Source of the DNA: Phoronis australis
Taxonomy: Eukaryota; Animalia; Phoronida
Assembly (NCBI GenBank): GCA_002633005.1
Contig: NMRA01000702.1
Coordinates: forward strand, 109,949 to 173,948
Direction: 5' to 3'
DNA: 64,000 nt
This document shows, one piece after another, positions 35,601 to 46,275 of the stretch; the first letter of the stretch is position 1, and each line of letters begins with the position of its first letter. The position numbers and the translations under genes were made by a program. Below the pieces are notes generated by a model, which was not told the DNA's origin, did not search any database, and saw only the letters and a list, made by a program, of their open reading frames with translations.

Positions 35601-38600
35601 GTCAGCCTCAGGAAAACAAAAAGTCCGAGTGAACGAGACGAAGTGCACAAAATCCACGGGAAGTCTACGCGGAAGTACGATTTGTGGGCCTGACCGTTGT
35701 GGTCCCGTTTTTTTTTAGTCCTCGGTGATTTCTTTCGGTAAAAATTCGAGCCCCCTATAGTTTAGGCTGGGTGCGCGCATGGGCAACAATCTGTCTTGTA
35801 AACAGAATTTATCATACATGACATACGTTAATTATTAATTGCTATAACGGACACACTCCAACTAACGGAATATTTCTCGCTTTTCCAACACTAGGCGAAC
35901 AGAGTCAGACTGCAGCACACCCCCTGTGCGTGCTTCTCGTTATTTGCGCGTTTCATGTATTGGCTACGTTTTCGTATTTTTGTAGGCTTTTCTTAAATTC
36001 AGGTACCTTTAAGACACTTCGGATTTGTAAAAATTTGACTGGTCTGCGCCCACCTTCACCTGGTTTTGATAACTCGGAGAGTTTTGTCTGTCTGAATGCC
36101 CTAACTCTCAATTGATTTGCGGGTGGTAGCTTTGGTGAGTTCAGGCTATGGGTCTAATCTTTGTACCGTACTCGAAATCAAACTCGGAATTTTTTTCGGC
36201 ATTTTCCGTTCTACTCTTGTGCGAACTCAAGATAAGTGTCTATTGGTCTGTAATCGAGGAATTATGACTGATGCACATGAGTTTCTACTCAACGTTTGCA
36301 CTTGATAACCCCTAGATTCGAACTACCAAGGCGACCAAAAACTCGACGCCGGTTTCGAGTTCAGACAAGAACTTTTATTCTTATGCTGACGTCATCAAGT
36401 GCAAACTTTTCTTGATTCAGATTGACTCTGTTATCCGTCTAGATCTTAGATTGCTTTCAGATCTAAGATCTAGACGGATAAGAGAGACAACCTGGGTCAA
36501 GAAAAGTGGATCAGTCATAAACAGGGATGCTGGAGGTTATAAGTTGTCCAGAATTTGGAACAGGTTGGTCATTACGCCACCTAGTGTCCAATAACTTCGT
36601 AAGACGGCTGCTGTTAGAAGTCGAAACTGTCAAGGGTATTATTGTTTTCCAACTGGTTGTGAAAAAGAAAGTACCACTTATCAACTCTACAAACCTTATG
36701 AAACTATTTAGTGATATTGAAAAATGGACAATCGCCGTACAAATAAAAAAGTTCATGTTCATTCAGCGTTTCGTCCATTCATTAGACATCATCAGGATAA
36801 TAATATACAATAAGACAGCAAGTGTCGACATACTAGCCAGGTAACATTCATGTAGTGAAATGAGAGTAGCAAGAGATACACGGAATAGTAAGTAGGTCAT
36901 CACCATAGTTGCAGGGTCACTGAGCTCTGCATGTTATTCAGAGAATCAGTAGCATGCTGGTCCTGAATGGTCAATGACTCTCTAATGTACAATAATTCTT
37001 TTATAGATTCTCTACACATGATACTAACTGAATTGGCTTGGTGATTGTTGCTAACACAAACAATGCTTATTGATGATGATTTTGTCTGACAATGCTTATT
37101 GACGTTGATTTTGCCTGAGGTGTGATGTCCTTTCAGCCAGTCTCTGTGTGAGACCGATACAGAATTCCTTACAGTTGTCACTTTCAACGTTTTAAATAAA
37201 ATTGCTATTGTTTGATAAAGGGATGGGTGACTTCAGTTTACACAGAATATTGGAAAGTTTACGAAGAGGTTTGAAAACAACTATCACTCAATGGCTGGGT
37301 CTTTACAATGTATTTTGCGAGATAATTGACGTTTCAATTTTACACGACTTAGCCCGGTGTTACCAAGAGAAAAGAAAACTTTCTTTTTCTCGGGTCCATT
37401 AACAGCTACGTTATCCACCTCATTCATTTTTGAAAGGAAGTACATTTTACAGGTATTCAAAAAATTCAGAGGGAAACCATTGGCACGCAATAACTGGAAA
37501 AACCTAGCTACGTCACTATCTCCTGCTAGTCTCATTTCACATGGATGTTACCTGCTGACTAGTATGTCGACACTTGTTGTCTTATTGTATATAATGATGA
37601 TGTCTAATGAATAGACGAAACGTTGAATGAATACTAAAACTTTTTTATTTGTGCGGTGATTGTCCGTTTTTTAATCTCACAATGGCCAAAAACTGATGTA
37701 TTTAGTGATAGCGTAATCATATGTTTCGCTTTTGGCGACATTTCACGAAATCTTGTGTGATCTAGCGTTTTCGCTAGTTTCTCGTGTCTGCGGAAAGCGC
37801 ACCTGGTTCATTGACACTGTTCTTGTATCAGAGAAGTAGAATTCGTAAAGAATGTCGGCTACACTAATTCCTGAAAATTCTCAACAGGTAAACTTATTTT
37901 ACATGATTAGAATACTCACTAACACGCTCAGGCGAACAATGGACAAAGCAAGCTGGACTTTAACAGGCTTGTCTCCTGCTTCCGGTCGAATGTCTTTGTT
38001 GTACTCTATGAACAGATTGCGGCGGAGCCTGGATTGATTAGCCATAGAAAGGGCTGCACCATCTGCAGAAGAAGATAACGATTTATCAAACATGCAACAG
38101 ACAATTTTTCAAATCCATTTTAGATTTTAATTCGTTAAAGGTCTAACATTATCACGAAATTCTTGCAGGAAATGGGATCTTGACAAGAGAAAATTGTGTA
38201 AACCGTTGGCTATGAGTCGGTAATAGAAATATACTGTGAAGTAACACACTTCTGTATGTTTCTGTCGGTATGAATGGGAGTTACACTTGCAACGAAAAGC
38301 AATCGGATTACCGTTCCCTATCGTCTCCATTTTAGCACACTGAATCAGCTATCCTTTAATACATCTGAACTACTCGTATGTATTCAGGGGGTATACGGGG
38401 CTTTATTACCACAATTTCGTGGATGTACCTTTTGACAAATAGCTCTACCCAAGGATACACGTTCAAATATGTTCTAACCACACAGTAAGGACGCAAAGCG
38501 AATAGATAAGTAGGTGTCGGTCAACCAACCGACCGACCTATCGACCGCCCGATCGACCGACCGACAGACAGACACACCAACAGACAGACAGACAGGCAGA

Positions 38601-39636
38601 CAGAATGAGGTACATAAATAGATAAGTTTATTTAGCCTATTCTTAACACAAATAAACATTTGCATTATTGGTTATTTACATTTTACATTTACCTAACCAC
38701 AGAACTCTATCCCTGGAATGCCAACTTCGATCTCGCGCTCCTTGAGGTGGCCCCGCGCATGCATGGAATTTGCTTGCATTCGTTTGTTCCGGTGTTGGTT
38801 ATTGCAAGAAACCCTAGTCCTGGAATACCAACTCTGATCTCGCGCCCGCTGAGATGTTACCAAAATGCGAAAAACGACAGAGTGTAATAGTAACACAAAA
38901 AGGAAATGAACCAGAGAGGTTATATCAATGACTAGTTAAAACTAGTAATTTCTATAACCTCCTTGGTTATTCAGGAAATAATTTCAATTATTCAAAAGAT
39001 TTGTACCCTATAAAGACAAAAGTTTTAGAATTATGGATCCCTCACACATGCTGTGGATAGTTTAGTCAGTAATTCCTCCAAAATTATACAACTTTATACA
39101 ATTCTTCAGTAAAAATTCAGAATCTACCGACATTAACTCCAAGCATCTATCCGAAAGCAGATAAAGGTTTTCTGATAGATACAAAATAGGCAAACATCTA
39201 TCACGTAGCTTTGAAATGTACTGTGGATATCTTTTCACATTGGTTGCATTGTGGGACTTTCCATTTATTTATGAACTTTTTTCTTCAGAAAGTAAAAGTT
39301 AGTGATCTTTATACATGTAGGGTATATTACCGTATACGAGAGACATTGGAACACACTTTACGTTTGTTATGTTACTGAAGAAAGCGGACTCTGGAAAAAA
39401 ATAATATTCATAAAAAGAGACAATGTTATTTTGAACACCTGTTGGTTAGCTATCACGGTCAACATTCAAGAACGAAAAAAACGGAACAACGGAATTGAAA
39501 AACGAGACTTCAGGATAAAAAACGGGACTTCAGGATATAACCGGGATATCTGGGTCTAAGCCAAACCGTAAGGGTGAAATGTTCGCTGCAACACACAAAG
39601 ACGTACACACGCACGCAAGCACGCACACACGCGCAG

Positions 39637-39676
<40 letters not shown>

Positions 39677-40519
39677 AAGTAAGTAATTATGAGTAATTTT
39701 TCGAAAGTTAGGTAGTAAACACACCTGTTTTTAGAGCCTAAACTTTTCATTTAGGCCAAATGTAACTTCCTTCCGTAAAATACTGTAACACGATTTAAAC
39801 ACTCAAAATGTCTTGTTGGGCTAATGTTTAAGATATGGTATCATAGTCTACTAACGTTAAACCACAAAATTGATTGTTGAAAATGTACACATAAATACTG
39901 TGAAAATGAATACTAGAAATGGTTTCTCTGGTAACTCATTGTATGTTGCTATTCCAGACATCTTGGAATTTTGTTTATGCTAGCAATCAATACGTTGCTG
40001 CATTGGAGAGGTCAATGTAGAGATCAGTCGTAAGAATTCGGCGACTGCAAACTAACAAAAAACACAATGTTGGTAACGCGACAATTCGTATCCCATAATG
40101 GCCGATTGTTTGCTCTTAAATTAGTACTGCGGACAGAATATAAGACTCCGTTCAAAAAGTCCGTGAAAGACACATAGCAAGAATTCATGTGGACTCAGTA
40201 TGCCTGAGCTTCATTTGAATCGATAATTCGGTACTAAACCCGATTGATACAAACACATAGGTATCCTTGCACAAAAGTTATGTTCACAGTTCTGGGGCGA
40301 ACCATTTTCAACAAGAATGTTTATGTTAACAGTGAGACTAACAACAAGGATGTTACGCGAAAGCGGAGACTACAGGACGTCAACGCTATTTGTGACATTA
40401 GTTTGTTCAGCTCGGCGCTACAGTTAGCATTATGCTAATATTGTTCAACATCAATACTTACGGAGAACACGGAGAGATAAAATGGTCAGAACCATTGTCC
40501 AAGACCTGGCTGCGCTCAT
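23470..40519 (-). CDS. Gene B: paralogous divergent nAChR alpha-like subunit, 9 coding exons, 421 aa
   Basis: join(40462-40519,37920-38062,34748-34792,31969-32078,31253-31439,27885-28212,26885-26944,26026-26144,23470-23685) = 1266 nt, open frame, GT-AG; exons 3,4,5,7,8 identical in size to gene A. Confidence 0.93.
26026..26144 (-). CDS. Gene B exon 8 (M3)
   Basis: ttttcag|(A)KLCETNIILVGVAMFVSSILHNLWYSDYANRALPGCLHK|GTAAC. Confidence 0.9.
26885..26944 (-). CDS. Gene B exon 7 (M2)
   Basis: tttatag|(A)CTAMVCLTFILLRSPGTAI|GTAAG. Confidence 0.88.
   Translation of the reverse strand, partial: LALRWCASRSFCYGLQGRL
27885..28212 (-). CDS. Gene B exon 6 (loop C YPCC, pre-M1, M1)
   Basis: ttccag|VSLSNST...KYEWAISNVTSVLTTNFYPCCLEPYEYMMFTLKIQR...FNIGAILFIPLIFLLPFESRGKILI|GTATAA. 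Confidence 0.93.
28870..29400. repeat. Tandem array of ~75-85-bp units in gene B intron 5
   Basis: GTTGACATCCAACATCCAATAGCTGCCCCACCTGGTGGTCAA recurs about 6 times. Confidence 0.85.
31253..31439 (-). CDS. Gene B exon 5 (Cys-loop, loop B)
   Basis: VDHVDNHDPRTLALVRYDGTVFYVPRVTLKTHCAIQLSPMGTALSEQECQLQLGSWTYNGHL; 187 nt as in gene A. Confidence 0.94.
31969..32078 (-). CDS. Gene B exon 4 (110 nt)
   Basis: SWRDISLKWNPDQFGGIQEFRISADRLWLPDIKLYN; ttgcag / GTAAGT. Confidence 0.94.
32139..33761 (+). mobile_element. Helentron/Helitron-like non-autonomous element with internal tandem repeats, gene B intron 3
   Basis: 5' subterminal CTCTGCGCGTG and 3' CACGCGCAGAG inverted repeats, (TTCTTA)n tract, internal repeated blocks, 3' hairpin TTGTCACG-C-CGTGACAA then CTAG|T. 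Confidence 0.7.
34147..34255. repeat. 27-bp tandem repeat x4
   Basis: GATATTGGTGATATTGATACAAGGACA. Confidence 0.9.
34748..34792 (-). CDS. Gene B exon 3 (45 nt)
   Basis: ttgcag|DLKSETLECHAWLRM|GTTAGT. Confidence 0.92.
36455..36594 (+). mobile_element. Penelope-like element 3' ORF fragment
   Basis: RRIRETTWVKKSGSVINRDAGGYKLSRIWNRLV resembles the C-terminus after the GIY-YIG domain (R.I.E.....NRD.G..LS..W). Confidence 0.6.
36710..37680 (-). mobile_element. Penelope-like retroelement relic with inverted pseudo-LTRs
   Basis: LLRANGFPLNF..., VVFKP.RKL...LKSPIP, ...IRESLTI...LNNMQSSVTLQLW; ~160-bp inverted repeat 36710-36872 vs ~37522-37680. Confidence 0.75.
36755..36805 (-). ncRNA. Degenerate minimal hammerhead ribozyme motif in Penelope pLTR (second copy 37585-37632, + strand)
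   Basis: CUGAUGA-U-GUCUA-AUGAA-UGGAC-GAAAC; second copy AUGAUGA-U-GUCUA-AUGAA-UAGAC-GAAACGUU. Confidence 0.55.
37920..38062 (-). CDS. Gene B exon 2
   Basis: ctgcag|GAALSMANQSRLRRNLFIEYNKDIRPEAGDKPVKVQLALSIVRLSVL|GTGAGT. Confidence 0.93.
39604..39674. repeat. (CA)n microsatellite (copy at ~42041-42114)
   Basis: pure ACAC run preceded by GCAC units. Confidence 0.95.
40462..40519 (-). CDS. Gene B exon 1, proximal copy (signal peptide)
   Basis: ACAATG; MSAARSWTMVLTILSLRVL + C|AT = H into GAALS; perfect GTAAGT donor, phase 1. Confidence 0.8.
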
Positions 40520-42072
40520 TGTTCCTCGTAACCAGTATCTCTGCTAGTACAGCTAGTGACCAGCGTTGAAAATACACACAGATGTTAAATCCAGGGCACT
40601 GAAATTACCACGTCGGGAATCCGGGCTCGCTTTCCGTAGCCGCAAGCCANNNNNNNNNNNNNNNNNNNNNNNNNNNNNNNNNNNNNNNNNNNNNNNNNNN
40701 NNNNNNNNNNNNNNNNNNNNNNNNNNNNNNNNNNNNNNNNNNNNNNNNNNNNNNNNNNNNNNNNNNNNNNNNNNNNNNNNNNNNNNNNNNNNNNNNNNNN
40801 NNNNNNNNNNNNNNNNNNNNNNNNNNNNNNNNNNNNNNNNNNNNNNNNNNNNNNNNNNNNNNNNNNNNNNNNNNNNNNNNNNNNNNNNNNNNNNNNNNNN
40901 NNNNNNNNNNNNNNNNNNNNNNNNNNNNNNNNNNNNNNNNNNNNNNNNNNNNNNNNNNNNNNNNNNNNNNNNNNNNNCCCGATCGACCGACCGACAGACA
41001 GACACACCAACAGACAGACAGACAGGCAGACAGAATGAGGTACGTAAATAGATAAGTTTATTTAGCCTATTCTTAACACAAATAAACATTTGCATTATTG
41101 GTTATTTACATTTTACATTCACCTAACCACAGAACTCTATCCCTGGAATGCCAAATTCGATCTCGCACTCCCTGAGGTGGCCCCGCGCATGCGTGGAATT
41201 TGCTTGCATTCGTTTGTTCCGGTGTTGGTTATTGCAAGAAACCCTAGTCCTGGAATACCAACTCTGATCTCGCGCCCGCTGAGATGTTACCAAAATGCGA
41301 AAAACGACAGAGTGTAATAGTAACACAAAAAAGAAATGAACAAGAGAGGTTATACCAATGACTAGTTAAAACTAGTAATTTCTGTAACCTCTTTGGTTAT
41401 TCAGGAAATAATTTCAATTATTCAAAAGATTTGTACCCTATAAAGACAAAAGTTTTAGAATATGGATCCCTCACACATGCTGTGGATAGTTTAGTCAATA
41501 ATTCCTCCAAAATTATACAACTTTATACAATTCTTCAGTAAAAATTCAGAATCTACCGACATTAACTCCAAGCATCTATCCGAAAGCAGATAAAGGTTTT
41601 CTGATAGATACAAAATAGGCAAACATCTATCACGTAGCTTTGAAATGTACTGTGAATATATTTTCACATTGGTTGCATTGTGGGACTTTCCATAAAAGTT
41701 TATAAATAAACTTTTTTCTTCAGAAAGTAAAAGTTAGTGATCTTTATACATGTAGGGTATATTACCGTATACGAGAGACATTGGAACACACTTTACGTTT
41801 GTTATGTTACTGAAGAAAGCGGACTCTGGAAAAAAATAATATCCATAAAAAGAGACAATGTTATTTTGAACACCTGTTGGTTAGCTATCACGGTCAACAT
41901 TCAAGAACGAAAAAAAACGGAACAACGGAAATGTAAAACGAGACTTCACTATAAAAAACGGGACTTCAGGATATAACCGGGATATCTGGGTCTAAGCCAA
42001 ACCGTAAGGGTGAAATGTTCGCTGCAACACACAAAGACGTACACACGCACGCACGCACGCACACACGCGCAG

Positions 42073-42116
<44 letters not shown>

Positions 42117-42900
42117 AAGTAAGTAATTATGAGTAATTTTTCGAAAGTTAGGTAGTAAACACACCTGTTTTTAGGGCCTAAACTTTTCATTTAGGCCAAA
42201 TGTAACTTCCTTCCGTAAAATACTGTAACACGATTTAAACACTCAAAATGTCTTGTTGGGCTAAAGTTTAAGATTTGGTATAGTCTACTAACGTTAAACC
42301 ACAAAATTGATTGTTGAAAATATACACATAAATACTGTGAAAATGAATATTAGAAATGCTTTCTCTGGTAACTCATTGTATGTTGCTATTCCAGACATCT
42401 TGGAATTTTGTTTATGCTAGCAATCAATACGTTGCTGCATTTGAGAGGTCAATGTAGAGATCAGTCGTAAGAATTCGGCGACTGCAAACTAACAAAAAAC
42501 ACATGTTGTTGGTAACGCGACAATTCGTATCCCATAATGGCCGATTGTTTGCTCTTAAATTAGTACTGCGGACAGAATATAAGACTCCGTTCAAAAAGTC
42601 CGTGAAAGACACATAGCAAGAGTTCATGTGGACTCAGTATGCCTGAGTTTCATTTGAATCGATAATTCGGTACTAAACCCGATTGATACAAACACATAGG
42701 TATCCTTGCACAAAAGTTATGTTCACAGTTCTGGGGCGAACCGTTTTCAACAAGAATGTTTATGTTAACAGTGAGACTAACAACAAGGATGTTACGCGAA
42801 AGCGGAGACTACAGGACGTCAACGCTATTTGTGACATTAGTTTGTTCAGCTCGGCGCTGCAGTAAGCATTATGCTAATATTGTTCAACATCAATACTTAC

Positions 42901-42958
42901 GGAGAACACGGAGAGATAAAATGGTCAGAACCATTGTCCAAGACCTGGCTGCGCTCAT
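42901..42958 (-). CDS. Gene B exon 1, distal identical copy
   Basis: identical 58-nt exon and donor inside a 2.1-kb duplication. Confidence 0.7.
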
Positions 42959-44454
42959 TGTTCCTCGTAACCAGTATCTCTGCTAGTACAGCTAGTGACC
43001 AGCGTTGAAAATACACACAGATGTTAAATCCAGGGCACTGAAATTACCACGTCGGGAATCCGGGCTCGCTTTCCGTAGCCGCAAGCCACTAACGAGCAAA
43101 GTTGGCATGATCACGTGCTTTTCATAACGGCGATGTCTCGTGTGCTTTCGCTTTACTCGCAAAACCACTTGCACTGTGAAACGCAGACATCAACAAGTGG
43201 TTGACTAACGGAGTGCAAAACGTCAGAATGTACCGTTGTTCTCCAACTGTTTACAAAGTTATACCGGGAATACCCGATAGTTAACTATGACATTACACTA
43301 ATAGACGGCACGGGTTTTTTGTATTTTTGGTATCCAAAGGTAAACTTTAGGAAATGGGGGTCTGTGAATTAACTGAGAAATCCTAAATTGGGACGGACGT
43401 TGGTGGGTGTTCGGGATTTAAAACATATGACAGATCTGACGATTCACTGCAAAAGTGAATAAAGCCATGTCTTAACTGACAATGGAGGAACACATACGAA
43501 CGAATGGCCTCGGAGAACTAAATATTGGATATTTTGGAGGTTTCGGTGGTGCTTGAGGAAACTGCCTGTAATAGTTCTCTCAGGCCAATAACAAACCGAC
43601 GTCACGTGATAGATTGCCTTTTTTGTAAATTATGAAGTTCTGTCGCGGTCATGTAGATAATCCGATAACGCAGTCCAAGAACTAAAGGTCACCGGGTAAA
43701 AGTTTTGGAAGAAATCGCATTTTCGTTTCTGATACAAGGCAAGCAGTTTTGGGCAAATTAAGCCTGCATAACTGAAGAGGGTTTAGGGTTGCCAGTGCTC
43801 CCCTTGCACACACGATCAAACAAACGTCTTCGGCATACCGATTATAGGGACATTTTACTTTTTCCCTTACAATATCCTTGATCCGCCAGCGGATTTGCAA
43901 GAATAATTAGATACTATTTACCGTACTACACGTAACCAAATCTCCTAAAATTCTTGATGGAATGTTGCGAACTTTGGCTTGGTTCCTAAGTTTGCTGGGT
44001 GTTCGATATCTTGATACTTACAAGGTCATTCAATGTTAATATCAAGTGATAATTTTCTAGTCATTGGTATTTTTTGAAAAATGTACAAAAACAATCAACA
44101 TGGAGCACGTGTGGGTAAGATTTAGATTAGATAGCCATTCTCTTTGTCCAAATGACCGCGCTGAAGGCAGTGTTTGTTCGACTCTGGTGTAGAGAAAGCA
44201 AATTCTACCTTATTAATCCTGGTTTGCAAGCACTAGCTAGACACTAATTAACATAAATTACATTTAAGCTTATCTCAGGATCCATTAAAGGAATTTGTAA
44301 ATTTTGTATTAACTATAGGAAGCTCGATTTATTGTTGGTGCTTGCAAGGTCATTCAAGATCAATGTTTTTATAGTTAATAGAATGTTTAGTAGTTTTGAT
44401 CTCAGATAGACTAAACAAATCTGAGTTTTGATCATGGAGAACTCTAACCATAGA

Positions 44455-44873
44455 CAGCCTCATCCCCAAGCCTCAAGATGGCGCTGATTGGTTTAGCGAA
44501 ATTACCTTCTGCGCAGTGGTTGGCCACTGCTTTGACGTCATTAACACAAAGACAGATTTTAATTATTTCAACAGTTGCTGCTGCCATTCATGAATCAGAA
44601 GGCACTGTGTTGGTTATTGTCTGAAATAAAGGTTGTTTGCATGCTTATTTTCGATTCTTTTTTATGAATAGTATCATAGAAATTAATTTGTTTTCGAATA
44701 AAAATACATAATTTTTGCAATAATTTAGAGCTAAATTGCTGCAATATACCGTTAGTCGTATATAAAGATTATATATAATATTGCAGAATTCTGGCACATT
44801 TCGTTTCCCATAACCAAGCCTCAAATGTCTAAATCCTCGATTAGCGCCAACTTGAGGCTTGGGGACGAGGCAA
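44455..44873. mobile_element. Non-autonomous TIR element with ~10-bp TSD (AcademH-like)
   Basis: ~33-bp TIR GCCTC(A/G)TCCCCAAGCCTCAAG.TGGCGCT.AT; flanks TAACCATAGA (44445-44454) and TAACCCTAGA (44874-44883). Confidence 0.65.
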
Positions 44874-45111
44874 TAACCCTAGAATGCCAGCTCTCGCAGG
44901 TGACCTATGTATTCTATTATTAGTGATTGCGACTCCGGACACTGGACCTGAGAGTTTGCACCGAGAAATTTCCAGCTGCGTGCGTGACTGAATTTTGAAC
45001 GAGAGTTGCAGTTATCAAATCAAGCCTAATTTCATTGCTTCTTTTTCATTTTCATTTTCATTTTATTTTTATTGTTCAATAAGTGAGACTCTTGGGGCAT
45101 GCATCCATACA

Positions 45112-46275
45112 TAGTCGGTGGGCCAGAATTTGTAGGGCCTCTAGAAAATGGTTTTTGTTAGTACTTTAGGGGGGGGGCAATTTTATTTGGGTTCACTTAT
45201 TAGAGTGCTTTCAAAATCTAAAAAGTTTCCACATGTAAAGTTGCACAATTTTGAGAATTTTGAGTTTGAAGTTACCTAATAATCACCAAAGAGCTTAGTA
45301 AACTTATATTTGTAAAAACAACAGTTTTGGTGATTTTTTGTGAAACAAGTAATATGGTCCCATCAGTGCCATTGTATTGAACAATATTACACTCACATTA
45401 CATGTTTTACTATTGTAGATTAATTGTAAGCAGTAAAATTTAAAAAATGTAAAGAGACACCTAGTGGCAAAAATGCAAACTAAGTCTGAATGTTACTAGG
45501 AAGTTATTCTGGCATTGTACACAAAACACTTGAGACTGGGCAAAATGTGTGCCTCAGTGACAGAACTATTGACTAATGGTGTAAAATATAGCTTGCTTGC
45601 ATAATACACTAGAAATACGTTATAGTACAAAAACAATATAGTTGAATGTGAACACAGTCTGTATGAAAATAATAGATTATTCTGACAGCGTTTATCAAGC
45701 AGTATGAGACAAATACATGACAATGATCAAAGTATGTACTTTCTATGAATTAATCAACAAATAAAATTAACTTTTTAATACAAAAAAACGAAATAACGGG
45801 GTTGGAGGTCTATTTAGTGTTGACTTGTCAAAAAACTATCCAATATTATGCAGTCAGTGTTGCTGATGTTACTACAGTTGTCACGGCTGCACATTTCTGT
45901 AAAGTTTGACCCAGCATTGCAGCACAAACTCAGTTTCCCAGCGCACATGTTCTTTTTGCACTTACAGCGTTTGTCTTTCTATTTTTTATAGCATGATGAT
46001 CTGTTGTACTTGGTTTCTAAGACACAAGGTCTTTGTCTTTGAATTTCATTTGCATATTCAGGGCTCTGGACTGAGCTGTAGCTTGTGATACAAGTCTAAC
46101 TGAAAAAAACGAACTGTTAACACTAATTTAACATTCAACTATGAGTGAGTTGCCATGCAACTTTTTCAGTCAGACTTATCAGGAACTGATCCACCAGCCT
46201 AACAAATTTACATGCCGTCTGATCTGTAGCCTAAAAATGTTGATCGTCTAATAGTTAGATTAGTTGATGCAACTG
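45112..46275 (-). mobile_element. Truncated, internally deleted copy of the AcademX-like element at 58270
   Basis: same TAGTCGGTGGGCCAG end and collinear sequence, ~500-bp internal deletion, no second TIR. Confidence 0.8.

Larger units (their letters stand above)
38548..43089. repeat. ~2.1-kb near-identical tandem duplication spanning gene B exon 1, split by an N gap
   Basis: 38548-40649 vs 40978-43089 with SNPs, small indels and differing (CA)n length; gap 40650-40977. Confidence 0.9.

Noticed and set aside
39530-39750. CVCVCV-containing ORFs
   Set aside because: (CA)n microsatellite translation
2486-40519. Pseudogene interpretation of the divergent receptors
   Set aside because: No stops or frameshifts across 18 exons, canonical splice sites, and unusual motifs shared by both paralogs
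2486-42958. Calling the genes AChBP, cephalopod chemotactile receptors or CHRNA7 orthologs
   Set aside because: AChBP lacks TM helices; chemotactile receptors lose ACh-site residues such as the vicinal cysteines; orthology cannot be assigned without a phylogeny
43048-43108. Alternative gene B first exon MPTLLVSGLRLRKASPDSRR with phase-1 GTAATT donor
   Set aside because: Not a signal peptide and weaker donor; the MSAARSWTMVLTILSLRVL exon fits better, though a 5' UTR exon here is not excluded
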